A stretch of DNA of 64,000 nucleotides from Acidobacteriota bacterium. Its GTDB lineage: Bacteria; Acidobacteriota; UBA6911; RPQK01; JAJDTT01. A program made the translations under genes and the position numbers. This document shows, in pieces, positions 38,578 through 48,036 of this stretch (the stretch's first letter is position 1; the number at the start of each line of letters is the position of its first letter). The notes below the pieces were generated by a model. The model was not told the origin of the DNA. It made no database searches and saw only the letters and a program-made list of their open reading frames with translations. The DNA lies in NCBI GenBank assembly GCA_965263035.1, contig OZ253580.1, positions 640,001 to 704,000 on the forward strand, written 5' to 3'.

Positions 38578-40634
38578 CTCAGTCCGTAGAGATGGATCAC
38601 CTGGACAACATCGCCGCGAGCGCATTTCCAGGCTATCTGGTCCGTAAGGACCTGGTTCGACGCTACGCGCGCCAATACCCCGTTCCGACCTATGTCGTGG
38701 AATTCCTCCTCGGGCGCTACTGCGCGAGCGTTGACGAGGAAGAGATCGAGGAGGGGTTGGCCATTGTAGAAAAGCAGCTCCAAGGCCGGACGGTCCGGAC
38801 GAGTGATCGCGAGATCTTCAAGTCACGGGCGCGGGAGCGTGGTTCCGTCAAGCTGATCGATATCGTTCGTGCGCGCTTGGACGCTCGGAACGACTGTTAC
38901 GTCGCCGAGCTTCCGAGTCTGCATCTGAAGGACGTCCAGGTCGCAGATTCCATTGTCAAAGACAACGAGAGGATGCTCGCAGACGGATTCTACGCGGAGG
39001 TCAAACTCACGTACGACCCCATCACAGCCCAGGAGAAAAAAGGCCGACCGTTTCACATCGGCCTGCTGCGCCCGATTCAGATGTCGAACCCGCACGTACT
39101 CGACGTTCTGGCCGCGGGGCGCCAAGCATTTGATACGGAGCAGTGGCGTGACTTTCTGATCCGCTCCACCGGCCTCGAACCTGAAGCGTTGGGAGAGCGG
39201 GCGAAACGGGTCGCCTTGCTGCGTATGGTTCCATTCGTCGAACGCAACTACAACCTGGTCGAACTCGGTCCTCGCGGGACGGGCAAGAGCCACGTTTACC
39301 AGCAGATCTCGCCATACTCCCATTTGCTTTCAGGCGGCAAAGCCACGGTTGCCAAGATGTTCGTCAACATGGCGAACGGTCGTCGTGGCCTGGTCTGCCA
39401 ATACGATGTCCTCTGCTTCGACGAGATCGCCGGAATCTCCTTTGACCAGAAGGACGGTGTCAACATCATGAAGGGCTACATGGCCGCCGGTGAGTTCAGC
39501 CGGGGAAAGGAGAGCATCCGTGCCGAGGGTTCCATCGTGATGGTCGGCAATTTCGACGTCGATGTTGAGCAACAGCAGCGGATTGGACATCTCCTGAGCC
39601 CGCTACCCAAGCAGATGCGCGACGACACCGCGTTTCACGATCGGATACACTCCTACGCCTCCGGATGGGACTTCCCCAAACTCAATCCCAACGAGCACCT
39701 GACCCATCACTTCGGACTCGTGAGCGACTTCCTGAGCGAATGCTGGTCACGGATGCGTCAGACCAGCCGTCTCACAACGCTGCAGAACCGTGCGTTTTGG
39801 GGTGGGGCTCTTTCGGGCCGCGACATCGAGGCCGTGCACAAGACTACGTCCGGGCTGATCAAGTTGCTGTATCCGGACCCGGAGATGCCCGTTCCCGACG
39901 AAGAGCTCGAGTGGATTCTTCGCTTGGCGTTGGAGTCACGCCGCCGGGTCAAGGAGCAGCAGAAGCGTTGCCTCAAGAGTGAATTCAGAAACACACATTT
40001 CTCGTTCACGCTTGGGGTTGACGGTGTCGAGCAATTTGTCGCGACCCCGGAGCTGCACAGTGACGAGGCTATCGACTCGGACCCGTTGCCTCCCGGGCAA
40101 GTCTGGGCGGTGGGACCGGGTAGCGCTGAAGCGGGAGTCGGACTTTATCGAATCGAGGTGGCCGTCGGTCCAGGAGGAGGCAGCAAGATCCTGAACCAGC
40201 CATCGCCCCCGGCGTTCCGGCAGAGCGTGAAGGTGGGTGAGCAGAATCTCTACGCCCGTGCCAAGGAGCTGGTGGGGAATCGCGATCCCCGCTCCCACGA
40301 ATATACGATCCAACTTCGTCCGTTCGATGCGGACAAATCGGGCACAGGACTGGGCCTCCCGGTCCTGGTGGCTTGTGTCGGCTCGCTTTTGGAACGGAGC
40401 ACACGCGGTGGCGCCATCATCGTGGGACCGCTCAACCTGGGTGGATCCCTTGACCTGATCTACAACCCGATCGCAATAGCGGAGTTGGCGGTGGACAAGC
40501 AGGCCGCCACACTGCTCATGCCCGTGTCGTCCCGGCGTTCCCTCATCGACCTCCCCGATGAGCTATGGACCAAGATCAACATCGAGTTCTACAGCGATCC
40601 CGCTGATGGCGTCTTCAAGGCGCTTCTGGACTGA
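38574..40634 (+). CDS. brxL: BREX Lon-related AAA+ protein BrxL
   Basis: VRKDL, VPTYVVEFLLGRYC, ELGPRGTGKSH, FDEIAG, IMKGYM, AFHDRIH; Lon-like C-terminal domain. Confidence 0.92.
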   Translation: MTQSVEMDHLDNIAASAFPGYLVRKDLVRRYARQYPVPTYVVEFLLGRYCASVDEEEIEEGLAIVEKQLQGRTVRTSDREIFKSRARERGSVKLIDIVRARLDARNDCYVAELPSLHLKDVQVADSIVKDNERMLADGFYAEVKLTYDPITAQEKKGRPFHIGLLRPIQMSNPHVLDVLAAGRQAFDTEQWRDFLIRSTGLEPEALGERAKRVALLRMVPFVERNYNLVELGPRGTGKSHVYQQISPYSHLLSGGKATVAKMFVNMANGRRGLVCQYDVLCFDEIAGISFDQKDGVNIMKGYMAAGEFSRGKESIRAEGSIVMVGNFDVDVEQQQRIGHLLSPLPKQMRDDTAFHDRIHSYASGWDFPKLNPNEHLTHHFGLVSDFLSECWSRMRQTSRLTTLQNRAFWGGALSGRDIEAVHKTTSGLIKLLYPDPEMPVPDEELEWILRLALESRRRVKEQQKRCLKSEFRNTHFSFTLGVDGVEQFVATPELHSDEAIDSDPLPPGQVWAVGPGSAEAGVGLYRIEVAVGPGGGSKILNQPSPPAFRQSVKVGEQNLYARAKELVGNRDPRSHEYTIQLRPFDADKSGTGLGLPVLVACVGSLLERSTRGGAIIVGPLNLGGSLDLIYNPIAIAELAVDKQAATLLMPVSSRRSLIDLPDELWTKINIEFYSDPADGVFKALLD

Positions 40635-40734
40635 AGACCTCGCCGCCGTCCAGACGGATTACGCTGGGACAGCCGCAGTCGCTGTACAGCCGGAATCTTC
40701 AGGGGCCGCTTCTTGCTCCGATTCGGACCGAAGA

Positions 40735-41402
40735 GGGCACCCACAAGGTCGCGGTAGGGACGCCGGTTGCCCAGCGCCCCCCCGCGCAGATCCGTGCGTG
40801 CCCGCTAAGGCACACGGCTCCTACTTCAGGTAATGACGGCGGGTCGTGACACCCGCCATATCCGACCCCCACCTGGGTCACGGCTGCCCGGCTCTGAGTC
40901 CGGTCCGTGCTTTGGTGTGCCGAATTCCCCTTGGTTCCACCCCTTCGCTCCACCGACTCCGCAGAGAGTTCCCCCTCCTTGTTCGCCCGCTTCATCACTA
41001 CTATGGGTGAATCCGATTGCTTCCTCTCTCCCCTCATGGGTTACGGCTTTCTCCTTTCTCACAAGGCCCCGGCTCTCGCCGGGGGAGAGAAAGCCCTCCC
41101 AGGTCCCGACACAAGACGTACGTGCGTGCTTGGATTCCTCGACACCGCGGAGCCCGACTGGCCCTCACCTTCCCGGTCCAGCCGGTATTGCCTTCGACCG
41201 CACCCACAGCCTCGGCACTTCCGTTCATGTAGGTTTCGATGCTCCATAGCCCCGCCCACACGCGCCGCTACCGATGCTTCGCCGACACCCTCACGAGTGC
41301 CGACGCACGGCTCGCGGAGAAACGTGGATGGTTACTCCTTCGTTTCAGCGGACTTTCACCGCTTGTCTTGTGCCAGTTAGCCTGGCACACGGGCACCCCT
41401 AC
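40735..41402 (-). repeat. GTAG-type REP hairpin split by the intron
   Basis: Joined flanks give GTAG-GGGTGCCC|CTTGT-GGGTGCCC (41402-41391 + 40747-40735). Confidence 0.7.
40748..41390 (-). ncRNA. ORF-less group II intron (643 nt)
   Basis: 5' GTGTG at 41390; domain V GAGCCGTGTGCCTTAGCGGGCACGCACGGATC (40789-40820); domain VI ending CCCTACCGCGAC at 40748; no RT ORF, domain IV closed by GGCGGGT/ACCCGCC hairpin. Confidence 0.88.
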
Positions 41403-41446
41403 CAAAATTTCTTCGTACAATTGCACAAGATTTTGGGAATAAGGAA

Positions 41447-44400
41447 CTAACCTGGCGCATCCTGAGGGGCAGGATCCAGGGATGACGACGGGTCGCTGGC
41501 TTGCCAGCTCCGCCTGAGCCACATGGTCAAGTCGTCGAAGAGGGTGTAGTAGGTGGGCAGCACCACCAGAGTCAGCACCGTGGAGGCGATGAGACCCCCC
41601 ATGACGGTGCGGGCCATGGGAAAGTACCGCATGTCGAACAGGCTGCTGTAACTGTAGGCCAGCGGGATCAGGCCCACCACCGTGGTGGTCGCCGTCATCA
41701 CGATGGGACGAAAACGATCGCGGCAACCCTCCAGAATGGCGCGGCGACGGTCGATGCCCCGGCGGCGAAGGGTGTTGATATGGTCGATGAGGACGATGCC
41801 GTTGTTCACCACGATGCCGATGAGCACCAGGCATCCGATCTTGGCCATCAGATTGAAGGGCGTCCCGGTGATGAGCAGAAAGCCGGCGATTCCCACCACC
41901 GAAAAGGGCAGCGAGAGCATGATGGCCAGGGGATGAGTCAGGGATTCGAACAGCGCGGCCATGACGAAGTAGACCATGAAGAGCGCCAGCAGGATGTTGA
42001 AGATCCACTCTTGATTCTGCTGCTGGCCCCGTCTGGTCCAGAAACCCAGCGACCACCCATAGCCGTCCGGGTAGTCCAACCCATCCATGACCGCCTTCAC
42101 TTGCTCGATGCCCTCGTCCCTCTTGTCTCCCGTGTAGGTGACGAAGAGGTTGGAATAGGTCTGCCGATCCTCCCTCTGGAGCCGTGCCGCCACCTTCTCG
42201 ACCCGAAGGTCGGCGACCTGAGACAAGAGAATCTCCTCACCCTCGTCTCCATAACCCACCACCGCCGCGCGCAGGTCCTCCAGTCCACTCCGATCCTCCG
42301 GCCGTAGCCGGATGATGACATCCACCTCCCCCTCCGCCGTGCGAAAGCCCCGAACTTGCCGGCCTCGCATCAGGATGCCCAGAATCTCGGAGACGGATTG
42401 GGAGGAGACGCCGTAGCGGCGGGCCAGATCCCGGCGCAAGCGGATCTGAACCTCCTCGCGCGTGCTGTCCCGAGGCGCCGACACCTGGGAAAAGTCCTGG
42501 TGTTCCCGAAGGCGGGTCCGGGCCTCACGCAGCAGTCCGTCCAGGACTCGATGATCGTCGCCATAGAGGCTCACATTGATCCCTTCCCGATTCTGCCTTC
42601 CACTCTGGCCGGACAACTCGATCCGGCAACCCGGTATCACGGGGAGACCGCTCGAGATCTTCCGGCGGATCTCCTCCATCTCTTCCAGCCCGACCTCATC
42701 GCCATGGAAATAGATTTCGGTCGACGCATTGTTGTTGGAGAAGGAACTGAAGACCTGGTCGATCTTGAAGGCCTCCCTGTTCTCCGCAAGAAAGGACTCG
42801 ACCGGATCGACGTAGTCCTTCTCGATCTTGGCGTAGTGATAGTTCTCGGTGAATTCATACCGGATCTGGAAGCTGCCCGGCTCCTGAGCGTCGGGAGCGT
42901 TGTCGGGAACCAGGTTGAGAAGCATCCAGCCGGAGCCGGCGACCGCCAGCGGAACCAGCAGGCCCCCGACCAGGACCCGGTGTCTCAGGGGCCAGGCGAC
43001 GAGTCTCAGGTAGAAATCCATGATCCGCCAGAGGTCCGGTTCCCGCCGTTCCCCGGCGCCCGGCCCGTCATCGCCACCTCCGGTGGGCGACGGTTTGGCG
43101 GCGGCGGGACCCACGTCCAGCTTCAGGAAGCGTCCCATGGCCACTGGGATCAGGGTCAGAGAGAGAAACAGGGAACAAAGGAGTGCGAAGATGATGGCCA
43201 GTCCACAGTGGCGAAGCCAGAAGCTGAGAAAGCTCTCGGCGCCAAAGACCAGGGGAACGAAAATGATGATGGAAGTGAGGGTGGCTGCAATCACCGCCAT
43301 TTGCACCTCCTGGGTTCCCCGTTTGACCGCCTCCAGGCGATCCACACCCTGCTCCAGTTTCCGATAGATCGATTCCAGCACCACGATGGCATTGTCCACC
43401 AGCATTCCGGTGGCCAGCATGAGGCCCATCATGGAGAGGACGTTCAGGCTCAGGCCTCCGAAATACAGGAACCCGACACTCCCGACCAGCGAGAAGGGGA
43501 TGGCCAGAGCGACCGCCATGGCCGCCCTCCATTTGCGAAGGAAGAGGATCAGAACGCCTAGAGCCAGGAGTGCGCCTACGGTCCCGGCCGTGAGGAGACC
43601 CTTGAGGGCCTTGACGATCTCGTCGCCGGCGTTCCGGAGGTATTCGAACTGGATTCCCTTCAAGGCGGGATCCGACCTGATCTTCTCCAACTCCTCCTCC
43701 ACACCTCGCACCGTCGTGACAGTGTTGGCCTCGGCGGCCTTGCGAACCCAGAGCCCCACCGCGTACTCGCCGTTGAGGTGCTGGCTGGCATGGGCCACGG
43801 GACTCTCGTAGCTCACATTGGCGACGTTCTCCAGCCGAAGGCCCCGCTCGTTCACGGGGAAGACTTTGAAGTCCGTCAGAGACCGGAACATTCCCCGGGT
43901 CATGGCTCCGTAGCGGACTCCGCCGTCCGTGAACCTGCCCAGGGAGCGGTCCAGGTTGATGCCGGACAGGTTTCGGAAGAGCCGGCCCACGTCCACCCGG
44001 TACCTTCTGAGTTCATCCAGACGCAGATACACGCCGATTTCGGGTCTCTGGGTTCCGAAGAGCTCCGCTTCGGCCACCCCCGGGACCCGTTCGATCCGTC
44101 TTCTGACCTTCAGGTCCAGAAACTCGTAGGCGGTCTGCAAGTTCCTCCCGGACGCGATCCGCAGTCCCAGGATGGGCTGGTCGTCGGTACTGAAGTTGAC
44201 CACCTCGATCCGCTCCACGTCTTCCGGAAGCTCACCGCGGATCCGCTCCACCTTCTCCCTGACCTCTCCGCGGAGCCGTTGCACGTCCATTCCCATGTCG
44301 AAGAAGGTTTGTACCCCGGCCATGCCGCTGCTGGAGAAAGACTGCATCCATTGAACTCCAGAGACCGTGCTCACGACCTCTTCCACCGGTTTGGTAATGG

Positions 44401-44641
44401 TCTCCAGGACGTGAGCCGGCGTGGCGTTGGGATAGGGGACCCGCACCATCACAAAGGGGAAGTCCAGGTTGGGAAACAACACCAGGGGAATCTTGAACAG
44501 GGACACCACTCCGACCAGGAGCAGCAAGGAAAAAACGGCACAGATGGTCACCGGATAGCGGACCGAGAAACTGGCCAGCGCCGACGAGTTCGCGCGGCCA
44601 ATCGGATTCGATGACGAGTTCGGCTTCCGGTCAACCTGCAT
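41447..44641 (-). CDS. AcrB/AcrD/AcrF-family RND permease subunit
   Basis: GMLVDNAIVVLE, GIVVNNGIVLID, RFRPIVMT; start chosen at ATG 44641. Confidence 0.92.
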   Translation of the reverse strand: MQVDRKPNSSSNPIGRANSSALASFSVRYPVTICAVFSLLLLVGVVSLFKIPLVLFPNLDFPFVMVRVPYPNATPAHVLETITKPVEEVVSTVSGVQWMQSFSSSGMAGVQTFFDMGMDVQRLRGEVREKVERIRGELPEDVERIEVVNFSTDDQPILGLRIASGRNLQTAYEFLDLKVRRRIERVPGVAEAELFGTQRPEIGVYLRLDELRRYRVDVGRLFRNLSGINLDRSLGRFTDGGVRYGAMTRGMFRSLTDFKVFPVNERGLRLENVANVSYESPVAHASQHLNGEYAVGLWVRKAAEANTVTTVRGVEEELEKIRSDPALKGIQFEYLRNAGDEIVKALKGLLTAGTVGALLALGVLILFLRKWRAAMAVALAIPFSLVGSVGFLYFGGLSLNVLSMMGLMLATGMLVDNAIVVLESIYRKLEQGVDRLEAVKRGTQEVQMAVIAATLTSIIIFVPLVFGAESFLSFWLRHCGLAIIFALLCSLFLSLTLIPVAMGRFLKLDVGPAAAKPSPTGGGDDGPGAGERREPDLWRIMDFYLRLVAWPLRHRVLVGGLLVPLAVAGSGWMLLNLVPDNAPDAQEPGSFQIRYEFTENYHYAKIEKDYVDPVESFLAENREAFKIDQVFSSFSNNNASTEIYFHGDEVGLEEMEEIRRKISSGLPVIPGCRIELSGQSGRQNREGINVSLYGDDHRVLDGLLREARTRLREHQDFSQVSAPRDSTREEVQIRLRRDLARRYGVSSQSVSEILGILMRGRQVRGFRTAEGEVDVIIRLRPEDRSGLEDLRAAVVGYGDEGEEILLSQVADLRVEKVAARLQREDRQTYSNLFVTYTGDKRDEGIEQVKAVMDGLDYPDGYGWSLGFWTRRGQQQNQEWIFNILLALFMVYFVMAALFESLTHPLAIMLSLPFSVVGIAGFLLITGTPFNLMAKIGCLVLIGIVVNNGIVLIDHINTLRRRGIDRRRAILEGCRDRFRPIVMTATTTVVGLIPLAYSYSSLFDMRYFPMARTVMGGLIASTVLTLVVLPTYYTLFDDLTMWLRRSWQASDPSSSLDPAPQDAPG

Positions 44642-47600
44642 TTCTGGATGGCTCCGCCTTTCGGTCCAGGCCCTCATAAAGCACTGGCACCAGGATCAAT
44701 GTCAGGAGCGTGGCGAAGAGCAGTCCGCCCATGACGGTGACGGCCATGGGGGCTCGCACCTCCGATCCCTCGCCCCAACCCAGGGACATGGGAAGCAGTC
44801 CCAAAACAGTCGTCAGGGTGGTCATGAGGATGGGCCGCAGCCGCACTCGCCCCGCCTCGACCAGGGCCTCCCGGCGACCCAACCCCGTGCGGCGGAGTTG
44901 ATTGGTGTAGTCGATCAGGACGATTCCGTTGTTGACCACGATCCCGACCAGGATGATCACGCCCAGCAAGACCATGACGCTGACGGTGGATCCGGTCACG
45001 AAAAGGGCGGCCACCACACCGACCAGGGCCACCGGCACCGTGAACAGGATGACGAGCGGGTGGACCAGGGACTCGAATTGCGACGCCATCACCAGATAGA
45101 CCAGGAGTACCGCCAGAGCCAGGGCGAAGAGCAGACTGCTCCGGGAACGGTCGTACTCCTGGTGTTGCCCCCCCAGAGTCACCACCGCATCGGGCGGTAG
45201 CTCCCGGGACATGCCGGAGAGTTCGGCCTCGATCTGCCGGGAGACGGTGCCCAGGTCGGCGCCCGTCAAGTTGGCCGAAACCACGGCCGCGCGTTGGGAA
45301 CCCATCCGGCGTATCTCACCGGGTCCCCGCGACAACTGCACCTGGGCCACGGATCCCAACCGGATCGGCACTTGGGAATTCTCTTCCTCGCTGTCGGATT
45401 CCACCTCAGTCCGCGCCGGATTCGAATTGGACTGCGTTCCACCCGCGCCGAAGCGGGAACCTCCCACGCCGGACCGCGCGGTGTCTGCGGCGCCACCCCG
45501 GTTCCCGCCGGCGCCGTCCATCCGAGTGTTGATGACTAGATCGCGAATATCCTGAATCGCGTTCCGATCCGATTCGGCCGCCTGGACGAGAATGTCGAGC
45601 TGTCTCTCCTGGTCCCGGTAGCGAGAGGCCACCTCGCCGCGGATCTTGCTCCTCAGGATCTCAGCCGCCTGACCTTCGTCCAGGCCCAGCCGAGCCAATT
45701 GCTCCCGCCGAAACCTGATCTGGACCTCGGGGTTCCCCAATCGGGTCGAACTCTGAACATCGGCCAAGCCGTCGATCCCGGAAAGCCGAGCCATCACTTT
45801 CTCGGCGATGCTCCGCTGCTCCGCGAGGTCGTAGCTGTAGATCTCCACCTCCACCGGCTGTCTGAAGCTGAACAGGGTGGGACGGCCGAACAGGTGGGTA
45901 AGTCCCGGATATTGTCCCAGCAGACTCCTGGTGCGGCCGATCACACGCTCCTCGCCCGCCTTGTCGCGGCCGTCCTGCATGGAGACGTGAATCCAGCCCC
46001 GGTGCTCCTCGAGCGGACCCGTCGCGAACTGGTCATCGGCCCCTCCTCCCACGCTGGAGAAGACGGTGTCCACCCCGTCCAGCGCCAACACCTGGCTCTC
46101 GACCTCCCGGATGATCCGATCGGTCTCTTCCAAAGGCTTTCCTTGGGGAAGCTGGATCTCAAAGGAGAACTTTCCCTGAACCAGGGATGGGATCAACTCG
46201 GTGCCGAGGAACTGGGCCAAACCGGCGCTGACACCCACCAGGCCCAAGGTGAGAGCCAATACGCTCCCCTTGTGGTCGAGAGACCAGGCCAGGAAGCGGG
46301 GATAGGTTCGCCGCAGAGACTCGAAGCCGGAATCGAACCGCCCCAGCAAGGGGTTCAGGGGTATCAGCAGGCCTCTCCCCAGAGTCCTGAGCAAACGTCT
46401 CAGGTCGCCAACGACGACGAGAATCAGATCCACGGTGAGGAACTTCCAGACCCGCGCCCCGCCGCGTCCCGCGGCTCGGAACAGACGCGCCAGCCGGGCT
46501 TCCTCGCCGCCTGCCGCCGGGACCTGCCCGTTGCCGGACCGGGGGACCGGTTCCACCGCGATCCGCCGCCGGGACAGGAGCATGGGAATGACGGTGAGGG
46601 CGACGGCCAGGGAGGCGAGGAGGGAGTAGGTGATGGTCAGGGCCTGATCCTTGAAGAGCTGGCCCGCAATCCCCTCCACGAAGATCAGGGGCAGAAAGAC
46701 GGCCACCGTGGTCAAAGTCGACGCCGCCACGGCCTGCCCCACCTCTCGGGTGCCCTGATAGACGGCCTCCGCCAAGTCCCGGTTCCGCCTTCGGTGCCGG
46801 TGGATCGATTCCAGCACCACGATGGAATTGTCCACCAGCATGCCGACTCCCAAGGCCACTCCGCCCAGCGACATGATGTTCAGGGTCACGCCGGTCTGGT
46901 ACATCAAGGTAAACGTGGCCATGACGGAAATCGGGATGGAGAGGCCGATGGTGGCGGTGCTGCGAAGGTCCCGAAGAAAGACGAACAGGACGAACGTCGC
47001 CAGCAATCCTCCCAGGAGGGCCGCCGCCGCCACGTTCCGGACCGCCAGACTGATGAACTGCGCCTGGTCGTAGACGATCTCGTGGGTCAACTCGCCGGGA
47101 TAGGTCTTCTGCTGCTTGAGCTTCTCCAGGCGTTCTCTCACCGCCTCGGAAACCGCCACCGCGTTGGCGTCGCCTTCCTTGTAGATGCGCAGCTCCACAC
47201 TCTCCCGGCCGTTGAAGCGGGATATGACCTCCCGCTCCTTGGTCCCCCGCCAGACTCTGGCCACGTCTCCCAGAACCACTTGGCGTCCATCCAGATTCCG
47301 AACGATGAGGTTCCGAATCTCCTCGACCGATTGGAACTCGTTGAGCACCCGGACCAGATAGTTGGCGTCCAGGTCATACAGGCTCCCGCTCGCCTGATTG
47401 AGGTTCGCCTCGCGAATGACGCTGCTGACCTCGCTGATTGGAAGGTTCAGCTCGGCCAGCCGTTTCTCGTCGATCTCGATCCGGATCTGCTCCTCGCGGC
47501 CGCCGGCCACTTTGACCGCCGCCACTCCCGAAGTCGATTCCAGACCTTGCTTCACCTTTCGCTCCGCCAGGTCCCGGACTCGGCTGAGGGGGGCGTCCCC

Positions 47601-48026
47601 ATACAGATGGAGCCTCATGACCGGGTCATAGGCGGGATCGAAGCGCAGGATCACCGGCTTCTCCGCGTCCGTCGGGAGGTTGGCCAGATCCAGCTTCTCC
47701 CTCACGTCCATGACCGCCAGGTCCATGTCCGTGTCCCAGCCGAATTCCAGGATGACTTCCGATTGGCCCGGCCGGGAAATCGAGCTGATCCGGGAGAGAC
47801 CCGGAACCACCCCGACGTTCTCCTCGACGGGACGGGTGACCAGCGCCTCGACTTCTTCCGGAGCCGCGTCCTCGAACTCGGTCTGAATCGTCAATGAGGG
47901 ATAGGAGATGTCGGGCAGGAGATCCAGCGAGAGGCGATCGACCGAAACCGCTCCGAAGAGACAGACGGCCACCACGAACATGGAGACGGTGACCGGGCGG
48001 CGGATCGCGGTCCTGACGATTCTCAT
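44631..48026 (-). CDS. AcrB/AcrD/AcrF-family RND permease subunit
   Basis: AIRRPVTV, GMLVDNSIVVLE, RLRPILMTT; Gly/Ser-rich insert near 45390-45530. Confidence 0.92.
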   Translation of the reverse strand: MRIVRTAIRRPVTVSMFVVAVCLFGAVSVDRLSLDLLPDISYPSLTIQTEFEDAAPEEVEALVTRPVEENVGVVPGLSRISSISRPGQSEVILEFGWDTDMDLAVMDVREKLDLANLPTDAEKPVILRFDPAYDPVMRLHLYGDAPLSRVRDLAERKVKQGLESTSGVAAVKVAGGREEQIRIEIDEKRLAELNLPISEVSSVIREANLNQASGSLYDLDANYLVRVLNEFQSVEEIRNLIVRNLDGRQVVLGDVARVWRGTKEREVISRFNGRESVELRIYKEGDANAVAVSEAVRERLEKLKQQKTYPGELTHEIVYDQAQFISLAVRNVAAAALLGGLLATFVLFVFLRDLRSTATIGLSIPISVMATFTLMYQTGVTLNIMSLGGVALGVGMLVDNSIVVLESIHRHRRRNRDLAEAVYQGTREVGQAVAASTLTTVAVFLPLIFVEGIAGQLFKDQALTITYSLLASLAVALTVIPMLLSRRRIAVEPVPRSGNGQVPAAGGEEARLARLFRAAGRGGARVWKFLTVDLILVVVGDLRRLLRTLGRGLLIPLNPLLGRFDSGFESLRRTYPRFLAWSLDHKGSVLALTLGLVGVSAGLAQFLGTELIPSLVQGKFSFEIQLPQGKPLEETDRIIREVESQVLALDGVDTVFSSVGGGADDQFATGPLEEHRGWIHVSMQDGRDKAGEERVIGRTRSLLGQYPGLTHLFGRPTLFSFRQPVEVEIYSYDLAEQRSIAEKVMARLSGIDGLADVQSSTRLGNPEVQIRFRREQLARLGLDEGQAAEILRSKIRGEVASRYRDQERQLDILVQAAESDRNAIQDIRDLVINTRMDGAGGNRGGAADTARSGVGGSRFGAGGTQSNSNPARTEVESDSEEENSQVPIRLGSVAQVQLSRGPGEIRRMGSQRAAVVSANLTGADLGTVSRQIEAELSGMSRELPPDAVVTLGGQHQEYDRSRSSLLFALALAVLLVYLVMASQFESLVHPLVILFTVPVALVGVVAALFVTGSTVSVMVLLGVIILVGIVVNNGIVLIDYTNQLRRTGLGRREALVEAGRVRLRPILMTTLTTVLGLLPMSLGWGEGSEVRAPMAVTVMGGLLFATLLTLILVPVLYEGLDRKAEPSRNAG

Positions 48027-48036
48027 CGGCTGGCGG

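Noticed and set aside
18400-40740. Integrative element or prophage boundaries for the BREX island
   Set aside because: No integrase, tRNA, att-like direct repeat or phage genes recognised.
40699-41442. Several short ORFs over the intron, possible maturase
   Set aside because: No RT (YADD) or maturase motifs; the region is structured intron RNA.
45699-47897. 732-aa + strand ORF (and similar ones at 9486-10844, 11983-13104, 17199-18362, 49403-50764)
   Set aside because: Antisense shadows of well-supported genes, expected in GC-rich DNA; no motifs.
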